Positions 11,598 to 24,333 of a stretch of DNA of 64,000 bases are shown here, one piece after another (position 1 is the stretch's first letter; every line of letters begins with the position of its first letter). Both the position numbers and the translations under genes were made by a program. The stretch comes from Sarea resinae. Taxonomy: Eukaryota. Below the pieces are notes generated by a model that had not been told where the DNA came from, ran no database searches, and worked only from the letters and a program-made list of their open reading frames with translations. The stretch covers positions 1 through 64,000 of the forward strand of contig JAPEUD010000092.1 of NCBI GenBank assembly GCA_026026165.1, read 5' to 3'.

Positions 11598-12611
11598 CTA
11601 GATGAGATGCTTCGATCTGGAGGGAACACCGGGTTAGCAAGCGCTTTTCTTCCTCTTCCTCGTCCTCGTGCTCGTCCTCCTCCGCCGCCGCAATTGGCCC
11701 GTACGAATAGTGGGAACAGATATACACACCTGAAGTAAGCTCTCAGATAGACGACCTGCCAGGCGCCCAGTCCCACCAGCATGCCCATGGTGCCAAAGGC
11801 GAACCACTTGACGCGCTCATTCGTGCTCTCGTTGGTGTCGCGGAGGCGCTGCTCGCGGCTGCGCAGATACTCCATCTCGGACACGATCTCGCTGACCATC
11901 TCCTCGATGCGGCGCAGCTCCGTCTCGACGGGCTTCAGCTTCTCGGCCGCCTGCACGGCCGACCAGTCCTTGGCGTCGGCGCCGATGTCGACGTCGAGCT
12001 CGATGTTGCGCGTCGGGTTCATGACGGGGTGTTCTGGTGCTCATTCGAGGTCAGGTCGGCGATCTTGGCATAGGAGTGACCCCGGGGGAAAGGGGAGGGG
12101 AGGGGATGCTCTGTTGGTGGCGGTTCTTACTGCTCGTGAGGACGTTCTCGAAACACACGTCGAATGCCGAGTCGGCCACAGAGGTAAAGGCCATGCGTCG
12201 CTCGCCGGAGACGTCTCGTGGCTTGCCATACTCATTGCCCATTGCGTCTTTGATCTGTTGTTCGCGCGACGAGAGAATGAGATTAGCTAGAGCTCATCCA
12301 CGGTTGCCAGTCTGGAGCCGCCAACGACAGATCCGAACAATCGTCGCCCCCTCCTAGTAGTGTGAGCCATGGACAAAACGTACATGCATGTTGACCATCT
12401 GCCCATCTCCCCGCTGCCCGCTCACCGTCGCCGTCACGACGACCAGCGTATCAGCAGCGACGAAGTTCCTCACACATCGCTCGTGCTTGGGACTTTCGCT
12501 CCCTGGGTGGGCTTGGATATCGAATTTCAGCGCGGTCGACGACGGGATGATGGCGAGCAGGAGCAGAAGACTGAAGAGCGGCAGCAGCCGTAAGATTGAA
12601 GTCGTCGCCAT
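11598..12611 (-). CDS. ERV25: p24-family ER vesicle protein (Erv25/TMED10-like); 4 exons
   Basis: Signal peptide, GOLD domain, coiled coil [14 protein letters not shown]...[21 protein letters not shown] helix, spliced C-terminus YLRAYFRSKHLI. Confidence 0.92.
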
Positions 12612-13496
12612 GGCGGATGCGTGGAGATGCAGATGGTCACATAGGGGAATGTCGAATTGGCCATTTCCAGGGTCAACATTTCGTGGTTCGTGTCCGGAGC
12701 CAATCACTGTGGGGCATCTTGCTTAGTCACCCGGTAGGTCGATCTGGCTTTCTACGGAGGACAGTACTGCCTACGGCGCGCCTTGCTTCTCGGTCCAGCT
12801 ATTGATCGATTCCGGACGTTGAAGTGCATCATCCATTGTTATCAGCTTTCAGATAGACACAGCTATTCTACTCTTCTACTCTTAATCAACAAAGAAGAGG
12901 GGCAGCGCGAGAAGTCTCTATGAGACGTGGTCGGGGCAATTTCCATGGCCGATGAGCCAAACATATTTGAGCCGGTTTCTTGGAGAATAGCCATGTATCA
13001 ACAGCACCTGGCCTGCTGGAATAGAGGGCCGGAAGTATGGACGATCTTGTTCGAGTATCAGATAGACTTGACTGGCTTATAGCTAGATTATCCTGTTCTA
13101 TAGTCCCACAGTCCTCGAACTATTCTCTGCATCGTCTACCCTTGGGCCGAAAAGCTCTCTTCTTTCGGCCCTGATTTGTTTCCGATGTTCATTCCAACCT
13201 CCAATAGACGCCCAAGCAACTTGAAATGTCACGTCCTGCATATTGACCCGTATCTAACGGCCCTTTCGACTCGAGATCTGCCTGGTGCTTGGTATGTCGA
13301 TGACCCTGGTTTCTTTGAACCTTCCAGGACGCCAAGTTCGCACGCACGAGAGAGATGGTGCGATGACTTCTATGTTGAGATAGGATCTGCCGTTCGAAAC
13401 GCCTGTATGATGCATTGACCGTTTTGTCGACCGAAACATGCGTATGTCTAAATATTCTTCGTTTGAATCCTAAAATCCCCGCGTGCCCGGCCCAAC

Positions 13497-13915
13497 TTAT
13501 AAAGGTGATGCTGCCTCGATGGCACCTGTGCCTCTGAAAGCACTTTTGCTCGTAACAACAACTTCGACCGGATACTTCCACTCCATGAATTTTGCCCAAC
13601 CTGTACCAGTTTATTAGCATGGCTCGGCTCAAGGGCAATGAGCCCCTCGGATATCTTCGCGTTCACCGGCCACTTACCCCAATATGCACATTTCCTCCCA
13701 AAGTATTTGCCCAGGTACGGAACCACCATCATTGTCAGAAGCAGCTCAAGCTGTTGCAAGCTCTCCCTCCATTCTCGTTCTGCATCCGACTCCTCTTCGC
13801 TTCCGAGTGAGCTGCTACTGATGGACTCGGGTAAGGAGTCCACCTCGTCTTGAGAATCCGACTCGTCTGGCGACACATTGTCGAAGAAGGAGGTCGAGGC
13901 TGAACCGAACATCAT
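13497..13915 (-). CDS. MIM2: Mitochondrial import protein Mim2-like; 2 exons (intron 13601-13677)
   Basis: Acidic N-terminus, then DAEREWRESLQQLELLLTMMVVPYLGKYFGRKCAYWGWAKFMEW, matching the Mim2 pattern. Confidence 0.82.
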
Positions 13916-14447
13916 CTTGCATGGGGATCAGATGCAAGAAGAGGAAAGGAGGATGAGGGTTCCGAGGGGGTGGCGCTGGTTGATTCCGGGTGAGGGGGCG
14001 CCAGGCGCATCCGCATGAAAGAACCTGCTTGTCCTCTCGGTATCTGTGTCTCGTCTCCTAGATGATGGCTGGATGAATGGCCCCGTCTGCTCTGGACCTC
14101 GTGGACCTCTTGGACCTCCGTATTGGGTTGAAGTGACTTGGTAGTCAATCCAATGCATTATTGCATTATATCATGGCCGAGAGCGCGATACCAAACACCG
14201 ACCCATGCGGCTGCGCGGTGATTGGTTCGCCAAGCGATGCGAGTACGTCGTGTGTAGTTCCAGCCCTGACTCAACTTCTTCACTCAAAAGACATCACAGG
14301 CCATCTCTATCAACCACAAAGCACCACGACCGACTCTGATCTGCATCTCAGATCACCGACTATCACGCAAGACAACTTTCGACATATTCGCATCGAAGCA
14401 CAGGCACAGTAGGGAGGAGGCAAGCGTCAGAGAACATAACCGCCAAT

Positions 14448-15633
14448 ATGGCAGACGTTGTACGCCACCCATACCCCACTTCGCTCTGTGCTCTTCATCA
14501 GTGCTTCATTGTCATCGGTGAAGAATATTACGATAGCTCTATATTGTTAATGTTGTGGATACATGCTCATTAATTCACACAGGAAACTGCGCCCGCTGAG
14601 CGGAAACCGAGAAAGTCGGTACAATTCAGTGATGGTACCACCATTGTCGATGGCAACGGTGAGGTGACCGAGGCCAACGGAACATCCGACAAGGAGACCG
14701 CTGAAAGCCACTCTGCCAGTATGTTCCCATCGGACACTTGACAAGGGAAAAAGTCCAAAGCTAACAGCTAATCTTTCCAGCTTCTCCTGATAAGGACGTT
14801 GATGAAGTCACCGATATGTTCAAGGACCTGACCAAGAAGAAGAAGAAAACCAAGAAGCCCAAGGAAGGCGAGGAAGGAGACGAGGCCCCGGTAGCTGCGG
14901 ACGGCGAATTCGACCCGACCGCTCTCAAGAAAAAGAAGAAGAAGAAGAGCACCAAGACTGCCGACTCCGGCGATTTCGATGCCAAGCTTGCTGAAGCGGG
15001 CTTGGGAGAGAAGACCGACGAAGATGCGACCGCCGACGGAGCGACTTCTCAGGAGGGCGATCTCGAGAAAGGCACCGGTATCTGGGCTCACGACGCCAGT
15101 CAAGCCATCAGCTACCCTCTTCTCCTCAGCCGCTTTTTCACGCTCCTGCATTCGCATCACCCCGACCTCGCATCGAGCGGCTCCAAGAGTTACAAGATCC
15201 CGCCGCCGCAGTGTCTTCGAGAAGGCAACAAGAAGACCATTTTCGCCAATCTCCCTGAGATCTGCAAGCGGATGAAGCGTAGCGATGAGCACGTCATCCA
15301 GTTCTTGTTCGCCGAATTGGGTACTCACGGTAGTGTGGACGGAAGCCGACGCCTGGTCATCAAGGGTCGATTCCAACAGAAGCAGATTGAGAACGTCCTG
15401 CGACGTTATATCAGTAAGTTATCGCTTGCCGGATCTGATGTTGTTCATGCTAATCATCTCTAGTGGAATATGTCACCTGCAAGACTTGTCGCTCGCCAGA
15501 TACCGAGCTCAACAAGGGAGAGAACCGTCTCTACTTCATCACGTGCAACTCATGCGGCAGCCGACGTAGTGTCACTGCGATTAAGACGGGTTACACTGCC
15601 CAGATCGGCAAGAGAAAGAATAAGCAGGGTTGA
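14448..15633 (+). CDS. SUI3: Translation initiation factor eIF2 beta subunit; 4 exons
   Basis: Poly-Lys boxes; [53 protein letters not shown]-terminal C2-C2 zinc ribbon (CKTC...CNSC). Confidence 0.96.
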
Positions 15634-16952
15634 TTGGGATCTTTTCTTTTCTTGCTGGTGGATGATTTCTCTGTGCACAGATGCTTTTGTGTATGCGCCA
15701 TGGTCCACATGCCGACGACGGATATGGCTATTCGCGAGACGACTTGATGAGGTTTTCGTGAGATAGGGAGGACATGGCGAGTGGTGGGACCTAGATGATC
15801 ATGCGACTATCTTTTGACGGGAATGCATCTGGGACCGGACTTGATCTTCCATTGTTCCCTCTTTTTGCCTGTGTAACTAGCACACGTCAGGCAGTTTTGA
15901 TGAATGGCAATTACGAGATCGACCTTGGTGTGAAGGTGAAGGTGAAGATGTGCTGAGCCCTTGGCACGGTGTCGAGTAGGATCAGGGTCAGCCAGTAAGC
16001 GCCGAGGTGGAAGCGCTGGCCTCTTCGAGTAAAGTCGAGTAGTAGTAGGTCGATCGTGTGTACGAGTACTCATAACTCATAGTACATGTAGATAAAAATA
16101 CGACGCCGGCCTGAAACACCAGTCGACAAGATGTCCATGGATGTCAAATAGATCCCGGATACGATCATCTACGAATTCTTCCACGATGATGATCTCCTCG
16201 GGCTCCTCAGCAGAAGAGAGTACTCGGTTCTCCGATATGTGTTGTAGGATAGAGCTGGAGGATAGAGGCCTCCTACCGGGTCGCCCGGCGGACTGCAGGG
16301 ATGCGCGGCGTCACCCCCAACTATTCGTGAATGCTGCTGGAGCTGCTGCTGGAGCTGCTCCCCTCCCCGCCCCTCCCCGCCCACACCTCAGCGCTACCAA
16401 GCGCCGCCATCTCCTGCAACATGGCTGGGACATGCCGATCGCCAAGCCCGTCGCGGGGCGGATGAAGCTCCCACTCCCACTTGCACACTTGCATACGCAC
16501 ATCCAGTACGGAGTACCTGCTCTCTGGCGGCAGCATGGGTCTGCTTACGGGTCTCCATACTTAAGGCAGCTCCTCTGGCGCATTGCGTGGCGTTTCGTTT
16601 CGTTGCTTCATTCTCCGTTTTTGGTCGATTGCGCATCTGCTGCATCATTTGCCTTCTTTTCCGACGCCGCAGTGAGTAGTCTTTCTTCTGTGCTTTGGTC
16701 GAGGATCGACGCTGTATCTGCCGCTTGCTTACTCGCTCGCGGGGTTGCTTGCGACGGCGGGGAGCGGGGCAGTCAGTTGGACGATCGATTCAGTCGCGCA
16801 TCGTGCGTGAATATATTCACAGTCTTTGGTTCTTATATTTATCACAGGCGGTAGCTGATTTGACTTTCAACACCAAGCGTGCACATTTCCAGCGATTATT
16901 TCATACCCGCTGAGCGGTCCAACAGCCAGAGCCAGAGCTCACCGCAACCGTC

Positions 16953-18285
16953 ATGCCTGCTATTCCGCAAGGCCTTCCCCAGGGCACGCCTCCGCCCCAG
17001 GGCCAATATTCCGCCCGTAGGTAGTCAGATTATAATTATCTGCGATATCGACGTGCTGAACCTTTTCCTCCATGCAGCTCCTCCATCAGACATCGGTATC
17101 CCACAGCAGCAACAACAGCAGAGTAAGTCTTGATCCATGATAGCCACCCGCTCGAACTCTGCGAGTCCGCTGGCTGACTCCCCTTTCTTCAGTCGATCAA
17201 CAACAACAACAGCAGCAGCCCTATTTCGCGCCTCCACCTCAATCCCCCCCAGCCACAAAGACCTCCTTCGCAAGCGCGCAGCCCTTTCCCCCCTCGTCCG
17301 AAAAACCAGGCGACTCCTACTCGCCCTACCATGATGAAATGAGTCGAATAGCGGAAGCAGGCGGTGGGCCACCGGGCTACGCGCCGCCCATGTCGCCGGT
17401 GCGGCAAACGACCTTCAACTCGAACGTGATCGCGCAGATGCCCGGCGGGGCGCCCCCAGCAGGGCATTTCGTCGGCGCGGGCGCGACGCAGGATGATGTC
17501 GGCACGTTCAACGGGGGCAGTTTCCGGATCAGCCATCGCGATAGCAATACCGTGCTCACACTGCAGCTGGCCATGGGATGTCCTGTGACCGCCAAGCCTG
17601 GTTCGTCTCTCCCTCGTCTCTTTTTTCCCCCTTCCCCTTTACCCATCGAATCTGTCGTGACACCTGGCGTATGTCCAAGATGAAGTCTGACCAAACTCTG
17701 CACATAGGCGTCATGCTCGCCATGTCCCCCACGGTAACGCTCAAAGGCGCGGTGAAATTCAGCATGAAAAAGCTCATCGCGGGCGGCGAAATGATGCACT
17801 CGACATACACGGGGCCGGGCGAGCTCCTGCTGGCGCCGCCATCCATCGGCGACGTGACGCCGCTGCGGCTGAGCCCCAACGAGACGCAGACGTGGTCGGT
17901 CGGCAAGGACGCCTTCCTGGCGTGCACGCAGGGCGTGACCAAAGACTACAAATCGCAGGGGCTGACCAAGGCCATGTTCTCGGGCGAGGGCCTGTTCGTG
18001 TACCGCATGTCGGGTGCCGGCATCGTCTGGATCACGTCGCTGGGCGCCATCATCCGCAAGGACCTGGTCGAGAACGAGCGCTACATCATCGACAACGGCC
18101 ACCTGGTGGCGTGGAACTGCAAGTACGTGCTCGAGCGCGTGGCGTCGGGCGGCCTCATCAGCGGCTTGAGTTCCGGTGAGGGCCTCGTGTGTAAGTTTAC
18201 TGGGCCCGGCACCGTGTTTTTGCAGACGCGGAATCCGGCCGCGTTCGCGACGTGGGTTACTGCGCATGCGAATACGGGCGGATGA
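16953..18285 (+). CDS. AIM24/DUF124-family protein with a Pro/Gln-rich N-terminal extension; 4 exons
   Basis: [20 protein letters not shown]...AKPGVMLAMS...[10 protein letters not shown]...FSGEGLFV...[10 protein letters not shown]...[21 protein letters not shown]; upstream exons splice in frame. Confidence 0.88.
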
Positions 18286-19616
18286 GTGGTGAGTGGTGAG
18301 TAGTATGAGGGGGAGGGGGGTAGATGAATGGAGGGAAAGGGAGAGTCAACTGTGAGTCAACCGTGAGTTGAGAGGGGAGAGAGAGAAGCAGAGAGGAGCA
18401 TTCACGAGGCCAGCCAATCAACCAGTCAACAAGTCAACAAACGCGCAAATGAATCAAAATGGAGCAATTGAACCCAGTGAGCCAGCGAAAGGAGAGTCCA
18501 TCGGCACTAGGCGCAACGAACGAATCTTACTTGGCTCCTCTCGTATCTTCAATATCTTATCTCGAATACTTATATCCAGTATCCAGTATGCAAATCCAGT
18601 ATCCTATATCGAAATCTAGTATCTTATATCCTCTATCTGAATCCAATATCCAAATCCAACTTCCAGAATCTCAAATCTCCACCACGTACTCTTTCCGTCT
18701 ATCTATTCGTCCAGCCATCCATACATCTATCCGTCCATTCATTCATCACATAGTCACATACTCATACAGTCATCACATAGCCACATAGCTATCTAGCTAT
18801 CCAGCTATCTAGCTAGCGAGATCATCTATAGTGCACGACTTACCTACCAACCTACCAACCTACCAACCTACCTACTACCAGCCTACCTACCTAATCAATC
18901 TGCCTACCTACTACTTATAACTCGCCACCCAACCATTCAACAAACTAACCCACGAACCAACCAAGTAGATACACAAATAGACAGACAAACAAACACAAAA
19001 GAACAAATCAACGGACAACTAGACAGACTCATCTATCCCTTTATCCATCTATCTATCCACCTATCCCAAATACAACCACTAGCCCCTAACCCCTGGCCCC
19101 CTACTGCAGCTCCCTGCCTCTAGCCACCTAGCCCCTAACCTAACCTAACCTAACCTAACCTAACCTAAACCCTGATCCTCAGCCCCTAGCTCCCTCCCTT
19201 CCTCTATACTAGACGAGACTCAAGTCATCTCTTCCGGTGTTTCTGTTTCTGATTCTGATTCTGGTTCTAGCATTATCACTGTCACTACCACTGTCACCTG
19301 CGTACGCTTACAGGCAGGCTCTGACGTAAACAGAGGTGGGGGATGTGTAGAGAGTGAGAGATGTATAGAGATGGAGAGATGGGTGGATGGATATATTCAG
19401 TAGTCAGTAGTCAGTAGTCAGTAGCTCACTGAGCATTGAGTAAGGGTAAATTAGTGAATAAGGAAGACGGTAAGTGGCCAGTGAGTTAAGGTAGGTAGAG
19501 AGGTCAATAGGAGGCCTTGCTCAATTGATTGAGTTCGATTGATTTCGATTGATAGATAGATAAAGCCGTAGACAAGAACCACCAGATATGATTCCTGGAG
19601 ATTTAAGGCCCCCTTC

Positions 19617-19657
<41 letters not shown>

Positions 19658-19660
19658 ACC
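18280..19660. repeat. Low-complexity intergenic tract with (CCTA)n, (CTACCAAC)n, (CCTAA)7 at 19134-19168, (CAGTAGT)n and (CT)17 at 19621-19655
   Basis: Read directly; lies between the convergent AIM24-family and MED1 genes. Confidence 0.9.
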
Positions 19661-19697
19661 CATCTACCCCCACAGTCATACGCACAGACGAATCTCC

Positions 19698-22193
19698 TCA
19701 CGCCCCTCCACCCCCACTCATCCTCATCTTCATCCTCGTCCGCAAGAACTCCACCACGACCGCCACATCCTCGGCCACGTCCAAGGCCCGCTCCACACGC
19801 TCTCTCGTCGGCACAGAAGGAGAAGAAGAAGGAGAAGATGGTGAAGAAGAAGGCAGGGCGAGCGCGGGCGCGGGCGCGGGCGCGGGCGAGAGGATCCATT
19901 CCCGTACGGCTACCTCGCCGTTCAGGAGGATGTCGAAGGTTAGTGTGGCTGTTACCGTTGCCGTTGCCGTTGCCGTTGCCATTGCTGACGCGTGCGCAGG
20001 CGTCGTGGTGGTGCTGGCGGTGGTGGAGGTTGTCGTCGTCGTCGGCTGTGCGCTCTCTTTTTCCGTCTTCTCTATTTCTTTGGCCGGTGGCGCCGCTGCC
20101 GAGTGCGGAGCCGACGGGAGGGTGAGAGGGAAGATGAGACTGATTCGCGGCTGCGGGTGCGTGGAGAGCGTGAGGGAGACGGGAAGCGTGCCGTTGGGAT
20201 CGAGAGCCGCGATGGTGGTGGTGGTGGTGGTGGTTGAAGCTTTGTTGTTATTGGAGTGAAACGTGGACGCCGGGGTGGAGAGAAGCGCGTCGAGTTCGTC
20301 CGTTATGGACGTCGTTACCGCCGTCGTCGCGGTAGGGTGAGCCGCGGGCTCGGACACAGGCGGTGCGGTAGCGGTCGTGGCTTGGGGGGCTCCCTCGCTG
20401 TCGGCGTTGTGCTTCTTACTGTACTCGAGGGTCGTGTGAAGAATGCTAGCCGTGCGGGCGTATTGACGGAGGATCTGTGGATATCATGGTCAGCATCACG
20501 TTCACCTAATTTACAACACATATGTACCGGTAGGACGGCAAGAAGCTGTCTAGGATGGCTAAATGGAATCTCCTCGACCGCACGCCCAAAATCCTGTTTC
20601 TGGGCAAAGACGGTGTAGCGGTGTCTCCTCTGGCTTTCGGTCCGCTCGGCATCCAAGGCGAGAACCGTCCGCTCGCAGACCACCTCCCGCGACTCTTCCC
20701 CCTGTGGCGCCGTCGCAGCAGCATTCTCGGATTCGCTGAGCGGTAAGATCAAGCCGTCGAAGGTGGTCGGCCGGATGCTCTCCTGCGGGATGGCAGAGCC
20801 GAGCATGCTATAGATCTCCACGGCCGTCTGCAGAGGTACAATGACGGGCGGTTCAAGACGAGCGACGAAACGCACGTCGGGGAGCTTGGGTTGCTGCAGA
20901 GCGTTGGCATCCGCGCCTCCGTCGACGGCCATTGCACTGCTGTTGTCTTGAGAGGCTGATGAGGCTGGGAGGTACGTCTGTTCTGGCTCGAGCCAGTCGA
21001 TTGTGGGAGCGTCGGTGTTGAAGAGGTCGGATTGTTCGAGCGGCTGTTTTTCGACCTCTTGTGAGACCCAGTCGTTGGAGATGCGGATAGAAGGGTAGAG
21101 CTCTGCCGGCGAGGATTCGCATTCAACAACGGCAGACCAAATCTTGGGACCGTCATCGCATTCGTCCAAGTCTCCCTCTGCCGGCTCATCCGTGTCCGTG
21201 TCCATGGCATCGGCCTTGCGTTTGCGATACGGAATCTCTCGTCTCTCCATCCAGTATTCCAGAGACAGCCCTACTCGTTTTCCAGCGTGCATTCTAGGCC
21301 TCCCGCTCTCCTTGCACATGACTTCTCTTTCTGCAACGTCCTCTCCCTTCTCCAGAAGCTTCTTCTTCTCGTGCTCGAAGATCCGTCGGAGACTCGCATA
21401 TACCCCAGAAACAGCCTCGTAGCAGTTCATCTCCTGCGTGCTGAGCTTGTCCAGACTAGCCAACCGTTCCAGATTATCGGCAAACTTGTCGAGCGTCTTG
21501 TTCAGCCTTGACTCTCCCGGACGAGGGACTAAGTCTTTCCGAAGGATCGCGGCGCCCCTGGCCGAATGCGCCATAATGGCGTCCGAAGAAGTCGGAAAAG
21601 TGAGCGAGACATTCTCGATCGCATCACCCTTGAACTCCACCTGCATGATCATCAGCGGCCTGCTTCATGCACTCTCGACAGAGGCTACTCACATCTACCA
21701 TCATGCTCGAACCAGCTATGCTCAATGTAGTCCCTTCCCACAAACAATCCAAGCCCGTTCTCCGTGCCAAGCGCTCCACGCCTTCCGGGCTGACCTTGCC
21801 CGGCCGCGTCCTCAAGATGTCCAATATGGCCTCGATCCGTCTTTTCCTCTCCTCCTCGTCACCCCTGACATTGACGGAGCCACCCACATTGTCGACCCCA
21901 GTGAGCGTGCCGATATTGCCCAGGTTCAGGCCCAACGTCGCCGCCGCGGACGGGCTGTCAAAGTTCAGCGCCGCATTGGTATTAGGCGTCGACGAGAGGG
22001 CATTCGGCGCGTGCGAGTTCCCCACAAACGGAGACCTCTGAGACTTTTGCTGGGCGGCCGTCGCGGGAGAGGGGACCGAACGGGCAGGTGAAAAAGCGGC
22101 AAGATGGTTTGCAAAGGTGCCAGGCGTCATTGCGACATGTTGCGAGTGCTGTTGCGCCGACGACACTTTGCTATTTGATGTCGGTGTAGCCAT
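19698..22193 (-). CDS. MED1: Mediator of RNA polymerase II transcription subunit 1; 3 exons (introns 21641-21692, 20475-20527)
   Basis: MATPT start; DEEERKRRIEAILDIL..GKVSPEGVERLARRTGL..LSIAG; FADNLERLASLDKLS..NCYEAVSG; IPFSHPRQLLAVLP-ILRQYA. Confidence 0.87.
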
Positions 22194-22807
22194 CTTGATG
22201 GGAGAATGCGCTTTAGGTTCGTTCACCTGAAGCCTTGCTATTGTACGTGACCGAGAGGTCTTGGCTTGGTTGGGAAGGTTGGGAATGCCCCTCGCAGACG
22301 CGACGATATCACTGCAGACGCGACGAAGCTCGCTCGACAACGGCGCGAACGAGCGAGTCGGACGATCATTTGGAAGATACTCTCTTGCAGCTCTTCTCCG
22401 ATACTATCAACTTACTCATGTTTCAGGCACAATAGTCAAGCAAGACATGTATCTCCAGCCAGATTCTGTAAAATACTACTCGAGCCCTCATTTCCGTACC
22501 GGCATTACATTCCTTCATTCGCCACCTCACCTTTCGCCAACAGAGACTTCCGCCGTCGGCTTCAACAAATACTCAACAACAATCTCCGGATAACGCATAT
22601 GATCATAGTCATGATTCATTGACTCTTCAAACGTACATCTTTGCAAATAGCAACATCGGAACAAGTAGCTAGTATCTGCGCAGACAAACACCATAGATTC
22701 CCGCCTTGTGTAACAGATCCTCCTAGCGACGGTGCATTGTCCAGAAATCTTCAATCGCAGTTACCTGCACCTGGATGTGTTTTATATGCTCCTATATTGC
22801 GATTCGT

Positions 22808-24333
22808 CTACTCAACACCACCGCAGAGCTGCCAGTATTGTTAGCGAAAGATGAAAAAGATCGTAGGAATAAGTTGCTTACGGTCTCTACGATCATGCCT
22901 GTAATCCGGTAAGGATCGGCGTTGGAAGCAGGCCTGCGGTCCTCGAAGTATCCACAGCCTTCCTTGGCGCAGGCGCGGGGAATCCTGACACTCGAGCCAC
23001 GGTTGGCGACACCATATGTGAACTTGTCGAAGCTGGCTGTCTCGTGCTTGCCAGTCATACGAGCTGCGTTGCCTTCACCGTAGACCTCCATGTGCTCCAC
23101 ATGACGAGCCTCGAGCTTCTTCATGGCCGCCTCGATAGCCTTCATTCCACCGGGCTTCCTCGTCTCGTCCGTCGAGACGTTGGTGTGGAGACCGGCACCA
23201 TTCCAGTCACCTGGAATGGGCTTGGGGTGGAAGGAGATCTTGGCGCCGAATTCTTCAGCAACACGGGCGAGGAGGAATCGGGACATCCAGAGCTGATCAC
23301 CAACTATAGGTCGTCAGCGATCATCTTTGGAGCATGGACAAGCAACATACGGTCGATTCCTTCGCAGGGGCCGACTTGGAACTCCCACTGAGCTGGCATC
23401 ACCTCGGCATTGGTACCGGAAATGGCAATACCAGAGTAGAGGCAGGCCTTGTAGTGAGCCTCGACGATATCCCTGCAGTAGACTCTGCCGGTACCGACAC
23501 CACAGTAGTACGGGCCTTGGGCACCTGGGAAACCACCCTTGGGCCAGCCATAGGGCCAGTCGACCTCGTTCAGAAGAGTATACTCTTGCTCAAGACCGAA
23601 CCAGAAGTGGTGCTTGGCATGCGCCTCCATCAACTTGGCTGCTTCGTGGCGGTAGTTGAATTTGTTTGGGCTGCCATCAGAATCCCAGGTCTCACAGAGA
23701 ACCAGGATGTTGTCACCCAAACGGAAGGGGTCGGGATAGAAAGCGACGGGACGAAGATAGACGTCGGAGTTGTCGCCTGGGGCCTGCTCGGTGGAAGAGC
23801 CATCGAAGTTCCACTCCGGAAGCTCATCGACAGACTTGACGGGCTTCTTGATTGTCTATTCAACGGCACGACAGTCAGCCTCACGAGTCGTGGTCGTTAT
23901 GCAAGGGAAAAGTTTTCGAAAGTCAATTAGGCGGCGTGGTAAGGCTTATCAATGGAATGGAGGGGTATGTAACGATAAGCGCTAGGGAGATGCGGACTGC
24001 ATGTGGGACGACGCGGACAGGCGAAAAGCTAAAAGGCTTTTCGGTGAAGATGCAGACGATGGGAAAGACGGCCGTCATCACGTACCCTGCTCTTCGAGCG
24101 AATCCAGTTCTGGCCGTCGATCCAGATATACTCGGCCATAATGGCACCCTTCTGATCGAGCTTCAGGTATTTCGCGAGCTGTCATACGCGTCAGTATGGC
24201 CAATGAGACTGCAATGGCTGGAAGACGCACATTCTCCGTGTTGGAGATGATCGTGGATTCGGCCTAGAGGAGCTACTGTCAGCGGGGCAAAGGTCGACGT
24301 GCCGTGACTCAGGCTGGATCGGGCACAAACCAT
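22808..24333 (-). CDS. GLN1: Glutamine synthetase (GSII); 6 exons, the first coding exon being ATG only
   Basis: [79 protein letters not shown]. Confidence 0.98.

Noticed and set aside
16141..16854. 237-aa plus-strand ORF upstream of the AIM24-family gene
   Set aside because: No domain or coding-like composition; probably promoter/UTR sequence
17377..18267. Long antisense ORFs over GC-rich genes (also 14768-15376, 23334-23930, 54431-55138)
   Set aside because: Shadow ORFs caused by high GC3 on the true coding strand
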